Assembly: GCA_963674755.2 (NCBI GenBank)
Contig: CAXXVS010000001.1
Span: forward strand, 352,001-416,000
Source of the DNA: Desulfobacterales bacterium
GTDB lineage: Bacteria; Desulfobacterota; Desulfobacteria; Desulfobacterales; UBA5852
DNA: 64,000 bases
Direction of reading: 5' to 3'
The position numbers and the translations under genes were made by a program. Shown here one piece after another: positions 28,588 through 38,439 of the stretch; position 1 is the first letter of the stretch; each line of letters begins with the position of its first letter. Under the pieces are notes generated by a model. The model searched no databases. It saw nothing but the letters and a program-made list of their open reading frames with translations, and was not told where the DNA came from.

Positions 28588-29837
28588 AGGGGCACGCTCC
28601 CGATGGCCAGCCAGACCGGATGTCCGCCATGCATGGTGCGATGGGCGGCAACGTCGAAGGGGAACTGCCGGAGAAGACGCTCTTCCGGCAGCACCAGAAT
28701 CACCCGCCAGCCGCGAAAATTCCGTTGCAGTTTGTGCAGGATTTCACCCACCAGGCGGGGGGTCGCTTCTTTTTTACCCAGGCGCTGCCCGTAGGGCGGG
28801 TTGAGGGCGATCAGCCCCCGATGGGGGCCGAGGGGGGGCGCGCTGAGATCGAAGAAGTCCTGCTGACGGAGATCGATCATTTCTTCCAGGTCCGATCCCC
28901 TCAGCAGGCCGGAGAGCCGATCGATAGCCGTCCGGCTGCGGTCGGCGGCATAGATCCCGGGCCCGGCCGGCGATGGGAAAACGGGTGCCGCCTGTTGGCG
29001 CAGATAGGCCCAGTGGGACGCCCGAAAGGCCGGCCAGTCCATGAAGGCGAAGGGACGATACCAGCCCGGCGGGATCTGCCCGGCCAGCATGGCCGCTTCG
29101 ATGGCAAAGGTACCGCTGCCGCACATGGGGTCGCAAAGCACGGTATCGGCGTCATAACCCGCCAGCATCAGGGCGGCCGCCGCCAGGGTTTCCCGCAGGG
29201 GGGCCGGACCGCCCTGGGTTTTGACGCCGCGCTTGTGAAGGTGGTCCCCCGAGCTGTCCAGGGAAAGGGTCAGCCGGTCGTTCTCCAGGCGTGCCCAGAT
29301 GTGCTGGGCAGGGTTGTCATCGCGGTCTGCGACGGTGCCGCCGGATGTGTGATGGCCGGTTAGGCGATTCTTTACGGCCTGCGCGATGCGGTCAGCCACG
29401 GCATCACTGTGATAGAGCCGTGATTTGTGTGTGCTGACCCGCACGTGGAGCGCCGTGTTGTCTTTGAGGTAGAGTTCCCAAGGGATGGCGTTGGTGTGTT
29501 TTTCGAGGGTTTCGAAATCACGGGCCTTGAAGCGCTGGATGCGCATGAGAATGCGGCTGGCGGTGCGGCACATCAGGTTGGCCTGGTAGCCGGTGGTCAG
29601 CCGGCCGGTAAACGCCACGCCGCCCCTGCGTGGAACCGCTTCGCCAGGCGGCACGCGCAAGCCCGTCAGCTCGCTGTGGCAGAGGGATTCCAAGCCCGGC
29701 GCAGTTATGGCGAAAAACCGCTGTTCGCGGCCGATCAGATGCTGTTTGATGCGGCGTTCAAGCGCCTTGGCGACAGCGCCGGGCCGGCCTGGTGCAAGGT
29801 GGAGGGCCGTATTGTCGGTCGGGTTTTGGTTCATCAT
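28584..29837 (-). CDS. THUMP-domain RNA m2G methyltransferase (RlmL-like)
   Basis: LSLDSSGDHLHKRG, APLRETLAAA, DPMCGSGT, NPPYGQRL. Confidence 0.9.
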   Translation of the reverse strand: MMNQNPTDNTALHLAPGRPGAVAKALERRIKQHLIGREQRFFAITAPGLESLCHSELTGLRVPPGEAVPRRGGVAFTGRLTTGYQANLMCRTASRILMRIQRFKARDFETLEKHTNAIPWELYLKDNTALHVRVSTHKSRLYHSDAVADRIAQAVKNRLTGHHTSGGTVADRDDNPAQHIWARLENDRLTLSLDSSGDHLHKRGVKTQGGPAPLRETLAAAALMLAGYDADTVLCDPMCGSGTFAIEAAMLAGQIPPGWYRPFAFMDWPAFRASHWAYLRQQAAPVFPSPAGPGIYAADRSRTAIDRLSGLLRGSDLEEMIDLRQQDFFDLSAPPLGPHRGLIALNPPYGQRLGKKEATPRLVGEILHKLQRNFRGWRVILVLPEERLLRQFPFDVAAHRTMHGGHPVWLAIGSVPL

Positions 29838-30023
29838 AAACTCCCTGCCTCGGCAGATTCGTCCTGCCAACCGGGCTGAGGGGTTGCCAATCGATCCGGA
29901 ATCGTCTTTATGTCGCAGAGATCGGCCGTTCAGGCAACACTCTTTCGCGGTCGTTCCCCGATCGCAGGGAAAGGGATAGGGGCGGGGATGGACCGGCAGA
30001 TGAGGTGCATTGAGGAGGATAGG

Positions 30024-31118
30024 ATGAACGTTGCGATTTCCCGCGCGGCTTATGACGATGCCTTGAAAGGGACGCTCTACGCGCTCCTGCAACAGGAAGG
30101 GCTCGATCGTGAGGTCCGGGGGCGGGTGCTGATCAAACCCAACCTGCTGTTGGCGGCCCGCCCTGAGCGGGCCATTACCACCCACCCGCTGGTGGTGCGG
30201 GCGGTGGCCGAGTTCGTGCGGGACCACGGCGGCCATCCCATGGTGGCCGACAGCCCGGCCGTGGGGAAAATAGACCGAATCTATCGTCTCGGGGCCTACC
30301 GGGAGGCCCTGGTGGGGTTAGACGTCCCTTTTCTGGCCTTCGAGGGAGAAGCCGAAATGGATATCGGCCCCCCTTTCGGGCGGGTACCGCTGGCGCGCCA
30401 GGCCCTCGAGGCGGACGCCGTCATCAATTTGGCCAAGCTCAAGACCCACAGCCAGATGACCCTGACCCTGGGTGTCAAGAATACCTTCGGCTGCGTGGTG
30501 GGACTGAAGAAACCCGAGTGGCACATGCGGGCCGGCATCGACAAAAGCCTGTTCGCCCGCCTGATCGTGCAGATTCACCAGGCCGTGGCCCCGCGCTATA
30601 CCCTGATCGATGGCATCATGGGCCTGGAAGGGCACGGACCAGGCAAGGCCGGCCGGCCTGTGGCCCTGGGGCTTTTGATCGGCAGCCGCAGCGCCCATGC
30701 CGCCGACCACGCCGTCTGCGACCTGATCGGCTGGCCGCACGAACGGCTGCCGACCCTGCGCGCGGCCGAAGAACTTGGCATCCCCCACGTCCCCCGGCAG
30801 GTCGCCGGGAACGGCCCCGGGCGCATCCGCCTGCAATTGCCGGAAGCCGGTACGACCCGCTTCGGGCCGGAATTCCTGCAGCCCGTGCTGCGGCGCCATC
30901 TCTTCCGGCGGCCGGTGGCCGATGCCGATCGCTGCCGCCTGTGCGGCGAATGCTGGAAGTACTGCCCGGCGCATGCCATCCAATCCCGCGGGGACCGGCT
31001 GCACTTCGATTACAACCGTTGCATTCGTTGCTATTGCTGCATCGAAGTCTGCCCCCACGGGGCCATGACGTCGGCCGAAACGGCGGCGGGTCGATTGTTG
31101 CGGCGCCTGCGTTTTTAA
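30024..31118 (+). CDS. DUF362 protein with C-terminal 2x[4Fe-4S] domain
   Basis: VLIKPNL, TTHP, LKTH, GVKNTFG, CRLCGECWKYCP, CIRCYCCIEVCP. Confidence 0.92.
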   Translation: MNVAISRAAYDDALKGTLYALLQQEGLDREVRGRVLIKPNLLLAARPERAITTHPLVVRAVAEFVRDHGGHPMVADSPAVGKIDRIYRLGAYREALVGLDVPFLAFEGEAEMDIGPPFGRVPLARQALEADAVINLAKLKTHSQMTLTLGVKNTFGCVVGLKKPEWHMRAGIDKSLFARLIVQIHQAVAPRYTLIDGIMGLEGHGPGKAGRPVALGLLIGSRSAHAADHAVCDLIGWPHERLPTLRAAEELGIPHVPRQVAGNGPGRIRLQLPEAGTTRFGPEFLQPVLRRHLFRRPVADADRCRLCGECWKYCPAHAIQSRGDRLHFDYNRCIRCYCCIEVCPHGAMTSAETAAGRLLRRLRF

Positions 31119-31234
31119 GGGCGGCGCCGAGGCCGTGGCGACCGGCTGGATTTTCTAAGGCGTTCCTTCTGGGTTCGGAAGGGCGCGATCATCGAGCGCG
31201 CATGATTTCCTGATTCGACAGCACCCGCGCGGTT

Positions 31235-31954
31235 CTAGGCCGCCTGCTTCTTGAGCGCGTAGCTCCGCCACATGGCGTAATATTTCAGGAAGTCCACATG
31301 ACCGATGATGGCAAAACCGGCCTTTTCAAACTCGCCTTCGACGGTTTCAGGCGGCAGGACGACGCGCCGGTCATACACCCCGCGGGGGGGCGTTGCCGTT
31401 TTCTGCGGCGGGGTCGTCTTAGCGCCGTCCCCGGTCCGGGGGCGCCGGGCACGCCGTCGCCAGGTTTTATAGTTGCCCTCCACCCACAAGGAGACCGCCA
31501 CGGTGTCGCGCGTCACGCGGCGAAATTCCCTCAGGAGCGCCAGGCGGTCCTCGGCATGGGCAAAGTGGTGCAGCAGGCGCATGCAGAAGACGTGGTCCAC
31601 GCTCTCGTCCGGCAGACCGGTGTCAAAGGCCGAACACTGGAAGAGGGCGATGCGGTCCAGCAGATCCGGCGGATTGACCTGGCGCGCCACCGCCAGCATG
31701 GGCGCGCTGTTGTCCGCGGCCATGATGACGCGGTCTTTTTGGCGGCTCAGGGTGGGCCAGAAGCGGCCCGTTCCGCAGGGCAGGTCCAGAACGGTGGCCG
31801 GATTTCCCGAGAGCGCCAGGAGTTTGGCGGCCACGCATTGCTCGCGCCAGTTGGAGAGCCGGCGGCCGAGCGTACGGCGATGATGTTCATGGTAGTGGTG
31901 CGCCTGATTAAAATTGTAGCTTGAGGAGGAATGCTGTTGACTCGATGTCATCAC
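31235..31954 (-). CDS. Class I SAM methyltransferase (Orf222-like), paralog 1
   Basis: VLDLPCGTGRFW, FCMRLLHH, LREFRRV. Confidence 0.88.
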   Translation of the reverse strand: MMTSSQQHSSSSYNFNQAHHYHEHHRRTLGRRLSNWREQCVAAKLLALSGNPATVLDLPCGTGRFWPTLSRQKDRVIMAADNSAPMLAVARQVNPPDLLDRIALFQCSAFDTGLPDESVDHVFCMRLLHHFAHAEDRLALLREFRRVTRDTVAVSLWVEGNYKTWRRRARRPRTGDGAKTTPPQKTATPPRGVYDRRVVLPPETVEGEFEKAGFAIIGHVDFLKYYAMWRSYALKKQAA

Positions 31955-32201
31955 GTCACCTCGATATGATCGCTCGCATACGTGGGGATATATCGAGGAT
32001 GCCGCCTGTGGGGTTGGAGCGATGGTTGGATGCTATACATTACACAAAGGATGGACCGGTTTCAAGCATTTCATGTTAGCTGACGGTAAGATTTTCATGA
32101 GGTATTTTTCGGTGGATCGGGCGTTGTCCGTGCATAGGGCGCGGGGGCATCGATCCCCATCGATCCAGGCCGTGGCGGAGAATGTAAGCGGCGCCCTGGT
32201 A

Positions 32202-32279
32202 CTAGGTCGTCAGCTCCCGGGCCAGGGGGGCTCCCGCCGGCAGGGAGCGGCTTTTAGGCCGGCTGTTTTTGCAGGACAT
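32202..32279 (-). pseudogene. 5' stub of InaA-like kinase co-duplicated with the methyltransferase
   Basis: MSCKNSRPKSRSL matches MSCKKSRPKGHSL of 47208..48080, then early stop. Confidence 0.7.
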
Positions 32280-32911
32280 AGAGTCTCCACATGGCGTAGC
32301 ATTTGAGGAAATCGAAGTGCCCGAGGATGGTGAAGCCGGCCTGCTCGAATTCGGGTTCGATCCGGCGGCGCTCCAGAACGATGCGGTTTTGATAGGTCTT
32401 CCGGGTGCGGCGGGCTTCCAGCTTGCGCCGCCGCCAAGCCTTGTAGTTGCCGTCCACCCAGAGGGAGAGGGCCACGGTGTGGCGGGTGACCCGATGGAAT
32501 TCCCTTAAAATGGCCAGGCGGTCTTCCGAACGGGTGATGTGGTGCAGCAGGCGCATGCAGAACACGTGGTCCACGCGGTTGTCCTCCAGCTGGATATCGA
32601 AGGCGGAGCTCTGGAACAGGGTGATGCGTTCGAGCAGGGAAGGCGGGGTGACTTCCCGGGCGACGTCCAGCATGGCGTCACTGTTGTCGGCGGCCAGGAT
32701 GGTCTGTTGGGTGGCATGGCTCAGCAGGGGCCAGAAGCGTCCCGTACCGCAAGGCAGGTCCAGGATCACGGCGGGCTTTCCGGCCAGGGCCAGGGCGTGG
32801 GCGGCCATCTGCTGCTCGCGCCAGTTGGAAAGCCGGCGGCCTATGGTGCGGCGGTGCTTTTCGTGGTAGTCGCGCGAGTGCTTCAGGGTGTATTTGGCGG
32901 AAAATTCCAGC
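32240..32911. repeat. ~670 bp direct repeat, copy A
   Basis: Near-identical to 48041..48712 (offset 15801; on the order of 20 mismatches by eye). Confidence 0.95.
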
Positions 32912-32925
32912 GTATAAGTACCCAT
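32254..32925 (-). CDS. Class I SAM methyltransferase (Orf222-like), paralog 2
   Basis: LEFSAKY, ILDLPCGTGRFW, SLWVDGNYKAWRR. Confidence 0.9.
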   Translation of the reverse strand: MGTYTLEFSAKYTLKHSRDYHEKHRRTIGRRLSNWREQQMAAHALALAGKPAVILDLPCGTGRFWPLLSHATQQTILAADNSDAMLDVAREVTPPSLLERITLFQSSAFDIQLEDNRVDHVFCMRLLHHITRSEDRLAILREFHRVTRHTVALSLWVDGNYKAWRRRKLEARRTRKTYQNRIVLERRRIEPEFEQAGFTILGHFDFLKCYAMWRLYVLQKQPA

Positions 32926-32957
32926 CGGATTTCCCTATATCCGTCTTCTGGTTTTTT

Positions 32958-33356
32958 TCAGTACCGGCTGTTCGCGAAAAGCAATAACAGGACAGTATAG
33001 AGGTTGCGGCGATGTGTCTTGGGAGACATTCTCTCCGCAGGAGGGCGTTGTGATTGGCCGCCGATGCGGGCCGTCGGGTGACGCATGGCAAGATGGCCTG
33101 ACGTCCCGGGCCGGTTCACGACAAGGGCATGGCCGCCGGCGGGGCCTGCCGGCGCACCTGGCAGGTTGGCCTTTCCCCGGGGTGGGGTTGACGCTTGGGG
33201 ACCGCCGGTAACGGTGAATGGATGCTTATCCGACAAGCCATGACGGAACGCATTGGCATGGGGTAGATATAGGGTGCCTAGAAGCAACGCCGTCAGCAGC
33301 ACAATTCCCACGCCGACCGTTAAGCCGATATTGCGGCCGTTCTCTCCCTCTTGCAT
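32958..33356 (-). CDS. Hypothetical membrane-anchored protein
   Basis: N-terminal hydrophobic helix, GAAGG upstream; low-complexity middle. Confidence 0.4.
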   Translation of the reverse strand: MQEGENGRNIGLTVGVGIVLLTALLLGTLYLPHANAFRHGLSDKHPFTVTGGPQASTPPRGKANLPGAPAGPAGGHALVVNRPGTSGHLAMRHPTARIGGQSQRPPAERMSPKTHRRNLYTVLLLLFANSRY

Positions 33357-33585
33357 AACCTTCTTTTCTCTCTGGCACTCTAATGCCGGTCCCGTCCCGG
33401 GAACATCGGCAGAGGGCGTTATGGTCCTGTTACCGTCGCGCTCGTTTAGGGGGCAGCCTACGCCAGAGGATATTACCGTCTCATGGCGGTAACATTACCG
33501 ATGGGTCATCCTGGCGGTCTTTGCCTGGGGAGGCATGCCGTTCCGGCATGAACGGGGTGTCGGGAAGGAGTTGGCGCGCGGGACG

Positions 33586-35001
33586 TCAGGCGTTGCGTAC
33601 CCGGGGGAGGCTGACCGTGACCAGGGTGCCTCTTCCGTACTGACTGGAAACCTGAATATTGCCGCCCAGGTCCTGAACCACGGCTTTCACCAGGCTCAAC
33701 CCCAGGCCCGTACCGCTTTGCGGACGACTTTTGTCGCAACGGTAGAAGCGGTCGAAGATGCGCGGCAGGTTTTCATCGGAGATGCCGATGCCGTTGTCTT
33801 CGAATACGAGGACCGCTTCATTGCGGTGGGCCTTGAGGGCAACGGAAACGCGGCCGCCCTCGGCGGTGTATTTCAGGGCGTTGTCCAGGAGATTGGCGAT
33901 CATGCGCTGCAAAGTGGCGGGTTCGCCCCTGACGCGGCAGGGCGCGCTGTGCGGCTGCACCGACAAGGCGATGTGCTTGTCTTCCGCAATGGGCTGGAAC
34001 AGGTCGCAGGCTTCCTCGAGAAGGGGCATGAGGTCGACATCCTCCATCCGGACCTCCCGGATGCCGGATTCGATTTCGGAGATGAACAGCATGGTTTCCA
34101 GCAGGCCCAGCAGGCGGTCGCATTCGTTGATGGTCGTGGCCATGACGGCCGGGTATTCTTCCGGATCCCGGGCGGTTTGCAGGGCAAGTTCGGCGGCCGT
34201 GCGGATGCGGGTGATAGGGCTGCGCAGGTCGTGGGCGATATTGTCCGTCACCTCCTGCATGCTGGTGATCAGGGCCTGAATGCGGTCGAGCATGGTATTG
34301 AAGGCCACCGCCAGGGTGGCGACCTCGCCCTTCAGCTTGAGGGGGGGAACCCGGGTGCCGAACTGTCCTTCCGTGATAATGTGGGCCGCCTTGGTAATCT
34401 CGTTGATGCCGGCCGTGGCCCGCCAGGAAATCAGTCCGCCGCAGACCAGGCCCACCAGGATCGCACCGCCGCCGAATCCCGAAAGGATATCCTTTAAATC
34501 ACGCAGAAAATGTTCTTCTGCTTTCAGCGAGTGGCCAATCTGCATGAGGTAGCCCCGGCCCAGGCGACCGGCCAAAATCCGGCTGTGATGCCGGTGCCCC
34601 TCGATAAGGATGGTCTCGATCCGAAAGGGCGCTCCGTCGGGCAGGCCTTCTGCGGGAGCCTCGGGCGCCGCCAGGCCGCGCCAGCCCAATAGATTGGAGT
34701 GCGCCACCATCTGTCCATCGGGGGCGAAGAGCCTGAAAAAGACGTGCTGGATGCCTTCGGATTCGGATTCCAGGACGGCTTCGCGCTGAATGGCCGGGAT
34801 GCCGCCTTCCTGGAAAAGCGCATGGAACTCGCGGTATTCGGTGAGAAGGGTTTCATTGATGCGGTTTTCGAAATAGGTCCGGACCGTCGAATACAAGACG
34901 AACAGGGCACTCAGGAGGGTCAGGGTGAGAACGCCGGTATACCACAGGGTCAGCTTGACCTTGAGGTCGTGGCGCAGCCGGTTAAGGCGCCTTAAGAACA
35001 T
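33586..35001 (-). CDS. Sensor histidine kinase (HAMP-HisKA-HATPase; CusS/ColS-like)
   Basis: 2 TM, HAMP, IAHDLRSP, NLLDNALKYT, DNGIGI, GTGLGL. Confidence 0.95.
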   Translation of the reverse strand: MFLRRLNRLRHDLKVKLTLWYTGVLTLTLLSALFVLYSTVRTYFENRINETLLTEYREFHALFQEGGIPAIQREAVLESESEGIQHVFFRLFAPDGQMVAHSNLLGWRGLAAPEAPAEGLPDGAPFRIETILIEGHRHHSRILAGRLGRGYLMQIGHSLKAEEHFLRDLKDILSGFGGGAILVGLVCGGLISWRATAGINEITKAAHIITEGQFGTRVPPLKLKGEVATLAVAFNTMLDRIQALITSMQEVTDNIAHDLRSPITRIRTAAELALQTARDPEEYPAVMATTINECDRLLGLLETMLFISEIESGIREVRMEDVDLMPLLEEACDLFQPIAEDKHIALSVQPHSAPCRVRGEPATLQRMIANLLDNALKYTAEGGRVSVALKAHRNEAVLVFEDNGIGISDENLPRIFDRFYRCDKSRPQSGTGLGLSLVKAVVQDLGGNIQVSSQYGRGTLVTVSLPRVRNA

Positions 35002-35656
35002 AGCCCGCCCCGCGGATGGTCCGGATCAATTTGGGGTCATAGCCCTTGTCGATCTTGTCGCGCAGACGACAGATGCGCGCTTCGACCACATTGGTCTCCG
35101 GGTCGAAATTGTAGTTCCATACATGCTCGATGATCATGGTTTTGGTCACCACCCGGCCTTTGTTGCGCATGAGGTATTCGAGCAGGGCGTATTCCTTGGG
35201 CTGCAGTTCGATGGTGTCGGTGCCGCGGGTGACCGCGCGGGTCAGGAGGTCGATTTGCAGGTCGGCGGCGGTCAGGGTCGTGGGTTCGGCGGTGCCGGTC
35301 GACCGCCGGATGAGCGCATGCAGGCGGGCCACCAGCTCGGAGAAGGCAAAGGGTTTGGTGAGGTAATCGTCCCCGCCGCTTTGCAGGCCCCTGATGCGAT
35401 CATCGAGGGAGCGCTTGGCGCTGAGGATGATCACCGGGGTCGTAGCGCCCCTTGCGCGCATGCGCGCGAGAACGGTGAGGCCGTCTATCCTGGGCAGCAT
35501 GATGTCCAGGATCGCGGCATCGTAGGGCTCGCTCAGCACCATATGCAGCCCGTCCTCGCCATTGATGGCATGGTCAACCGCAAAGCCCTCTTCCCGCAGG
35601 CCCTTTTCAATGAAATGAGCGATCGTGTTGTCATCTTCGACAATGAGAATTCGCAT
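34982..35656 (-). CDS. OmpR-family response regulator (CusR/ColR-like)
   Basis: MRILIVEDD, LDIMLP, DDYLTKPF, KEYALLEYL, TIRGAGY. Confidence 0.96.
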   Translation of the reverse strand: MRILIVEDDNTIAHFIEKGLREEGFAVDHAINGEDGLHMVLSEPYDAAILDIMLPRIDGLTVLARMRARGATTPVIILSAKRSLDDRIRGLQSGGDDYLTKPFAFSELVARLHALIRRSTGTAEPTTLTAADLQIDLLTRAVTRGTDTIELQPKEYALLEYLMRNKGRVVTKTMIIEHVWNYNFDPETNVVEARICRLRDKIDKGYDPKLIRTIRGAGYVLKAP

Positions 35657-35712
35657 TTTCGAATCTCCCGCACACCCTCATCTTTGCACGAGACCCATCG
35701 ACGGGGGATGGG

Positions 35713-35848
35713 TGTGTCCCGGCCGCGGCAGGAATACCGGTGGAACGGGACGGCATCATCATGGAAGACGATGCTTCCGGCCAGCATGCGGCGGAAGTAT
35801 TACGCTGTCCGCGTAATGCGCTATACGCCGATGGTGAGGAGCCCCGTC
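35713..35848. repeat. Degenerate copy of the flippase 3' end and downstream DNA
   Basis: Aligns with ~37960..38098; shared core catgcggcggaagtattacgctgtccgcgtaatg. Confidence 0.85.
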
Positions 35849-37653
35849 TATTTGCCTTCCGGCGGTCCGAACCGGGCTAGCCAACGATCCCTGTTAAGCT
35901 GTTCTACCTGAAGCGTTTTCGCCGCCGGCATATCGTTGCCGATATGGATGCCGGGCCGCTTGGAAGCATAGACCACCGAGCGATACGTAGGGTCTTTGCC
36001 CTCCAGGATCAGTGCTACTTGGCGACGTCCGTTCGCCAGTTCTGTTTCCCGGTCGCCCCCCATGGTATGGGCATCCAGGCGATCAATGGACCAATCGGCA
36101 TAATAATAGAAGATCGCGCGCATGGTCTCATTGAGCCCGAAAGACGCAACGCTGCTGCGTTCCGCGACAGGAATTGCGTCCACGAAGGCCAGCAGTCCGT
36201 CACGCATACTTTTCTCGCGATCCAAGGCGGGCTGCGCCAACAAACAGACCCCCCCCAGGAAAAGCGCCGTCGCGAAAATCATGGCGGTCGGCCGAAATTC
36301 CCTGCCGCGGGTCGCAAAATGAATACCGAGAAGTATGGCGCCAAGCAGCAGGGCGACCATATGCAAGCTGCCGAAAGTCAGCAGCACAGCACCCGAACGC
36401 GGTGGGATAATATCCGCGAAGGCCGGGACCAGTTTTCCCAGCAACGGCAGACCACCTAAAACCAACAATACAACAGCCATCAGGATCTGCCAGGCCCGCG
36501 TATAAACAGGCAGCCATTTGTCTTTGTAATTGATCAACTGATCCGCAACAATCAGTGCAAAGACCGGCATCATCGGCCAGATGTAAATCGAGCGTTTCGT
36601 TGCCGAACTGGTCAATATGGCAAGGCCGACCACTGACCAGCCGGACAGGAATATTTCCAGAGGGCTCAGCGGCTGTCGTTTAAACCATTTTTTCAGTTTA
36701 TCCCAAAACCAGGGAATCAGCAGTGGCGTCCACGGTAAACTGTATAAAAGCAGCGTCGTGACGTAATAAAGTGGATTTCTACGAATATGGGACAGGTTTT
36801 GGGCCGTTCCCGTCAGCCGGCCGACCTGATTGTCCCAAAACCATTCCTGCCAGATGCCCTTGCCGCTGGCATGGATCAAATAGACCCAGGGCGCCACCAA
36901 GGCCAGCAAAACGACAACGGCCAGCAGATGCGGCACAATCCCGACGGACAGGAACCTTCTCCCAACCCCTTTGAGTCGGATCCCCAGCCCCTGTTCCCCG
37001 CCGAGAAACAGGGTTTGCATAAACATGACGATCCAGGCGGCGGCGATCATGATCAATCCGATCGGTCCCTTGGAAAGAAACGCGCCGGCCGCGAAAATTC
37101 CCGCCAAAACCGCAGCCCAACGCCGCTGCTTAAAATAGACTTCCACCAGTGCCCAAATGGCCGCGATCACGAAAAAAGACAGGGCCGCATCCACCCGGAT
37201 CCAATGGGCATTCTCAAAGAAACCCTCCATCGTCGCCATCACACCCAAGGCTAGCCAGGCCTTGCCGGGCGCCAATAACCGCCGGCCCAACAGATAGGTC
37301 ATCAACAAAATCCCCAGCGCCCAAAACGTCGTCGAGAGCCGAATCGCCCCGGTATCCCCAAAAACCGGGCCGAACACCTTAATGAACCATCCGGCCACCG
37401 CAAAATACAGCGGTGGTTTCTCAACAAACGGCTGGGAGGCCAACATCGGCACCACAAGATTGTGCGAACGGCTCATCGCCAAAGACACCGCCGCGACACG
37501 TGGCTCATCCGGCGTCCACAAGTCATGATTCACAATGCCCACGAAACAGAGCAGCAGACATGTCAGCACGACGACACGGACGCTGTATTTGGCACCCCCC
37601 TGATTTGGATTTTCTTTACGGTTTTGCATCGCTTTCTTTCCGTTGAGATTCAT
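35848..37653 (-). CDS. ArnT-family (GT83/PMT-type) lipid-carrier glycosyltransferase, second copy
   Basis: WTPDEPR, EKPPLYF, LSKGPIG, many TM segments. Confidence 0.88.
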   Translation of the reverse strand: MNLNGKKAMQNRKENPNQGGAKYSVRVVVLTCLLLCFVGIVNHDLWTPDEPRVAAVSLAMSRSHNLVVPMLASQPFVEKPPLYFAVAGWFIKVFGPVFGDTGAIRLSTTFWALGILLMTYLLGRRLLAPGKAWLALGVMATMEGFFENAHWIRVDAALSFFVIAAIWALVEVYFKQRRWAAVLAGIFAAGAFLSKGPIGLIMIAAAWIVMFMQTLFLGGEQGLGIRLKGVGRRFLSVGIVPHLLAVVVLLALVAPWVYLIHASGKGIWQEWFWDNQVGRLTGTAQNLSHIRRNPLYYVTTLLLYSLPWTPLLIPWFWDKLKKWFKRQPLSPLEIFLSGWSVVGLAILTSSATKRSIYIWPMMPVFALIVADQLINYKDKWLPVYTRAWQILMAVVLLVLGGLPLLGKLVPAFADIIPPRSGAVLLTFGSLHMVALLLGAILLGIHFATRGREFRPTAMIFATALFLGGVCLLAQPALDREKSMRDGLLAFVDAIPVAERSSVASFGLNETMRAIFYYYADWSIDRLDAHTMGGDRETELANGRRQVALILEGKDPTYRSVVYASKRPGIHIGNDMPAAKTLQVEQLNRDRWLARFGPPEGK

Positions 37654-37879
37654 AGCGACCGACGAATCATTTGTATTAAAGCAGGTGTATTAAAGCAGGC
37701 CAAGATGAAGATTTGATGATGATGGCGTTGCGGGTCAAAATTTTCAGTTCTCTTCCGAAGGGCGTCGGGGAAAAGGAGCCGGCCCCTGGCTGCCAAGATG
37801 TCGATCCGCCCGCGGGGATTCAACGGTTCAAGTCTGAGAGGGGCAAGCATTCATCCCGGGGTTCGCGCCTTCTCCGCCG

Positions 37880-37952
37880 GGGGGGCGCAGTTCCCGTGGA
37901 CCCCTGGCGCTACCGCCACCGTGTGGCGCGTCACGCGAAGAAATGCCCTGGG
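37880..37952 (-). pseudogene. Short relic of a fifth Orf222-like methyltransferase
   Basis: RAFLRVTRHTVAVAPGVHGNC aligns to REFHRVTRHTVALSLWVDGNY. Confidence 0.6.
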
Positions 37953-38045
37953 AACGATCGTGCCCCGGCCGCGGGAGACATCGCGCTGGAATGGGGCGGC
38001 AGCCTCATGGAAGACGACGCTTCCGGTCACCATGCGGCGGAAGTA

Positions 38046-38417
38046 TTACGCTGTCCGCGTAATGAGATAGACGCCGAAGCAGATGGTGACGATCCCCATC
38101 CAGCGGACCAGATCCACCGGTTCCCCGAAGAAGGCCTTCCCGGCCAGCGCGGCGACGATGTAGCCGATGCTCAGCATGGGGTAGGCATAGCTGACATCCA
38201 CCCGGGACAGGACCAGGAGCCACACGACGACACTGACGACGTAGCAGCCCAGCCCGAGCAGGACGAACGGGTTCATCCCCACTCTAAGACCGATGGGCAC
38301 GATGTTCTCCAGGGAAAACGTAAATGTCCCGATCGAGCGCATGCCGCTTTTGAGCGCAATTTGGGCGGCGGCGTTCAGCAGTACACCGGTGAGAATCAAC
38401 GGCAGATATTTATTCAT
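38046..38417 (-). CDS. SMR/EamA-type L-Ara4N-undecaprenyl phosphate flippase subunit (ArnE/ArnF-like)
   Basis: AAAQIALK, W..VLSRVDVSYAYPMLS, 4 TM; in arn operon. Confidence 0.85.
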   Translation of the reverse strand: MNKYLPLILTGVLLNAAAQIALKSGMRSIGTFTFSLENIVPIGLRVGMNPFVLLGLGCYVVSVVVWLLVLSRVDVSYAYPMLSIGYIVAALAGKAFFGEPVDLVRWMGIVTICFGVYLITRTA

Positions 38418-38439
38418 GTCGCGGGCACCTCTCTGAGAG

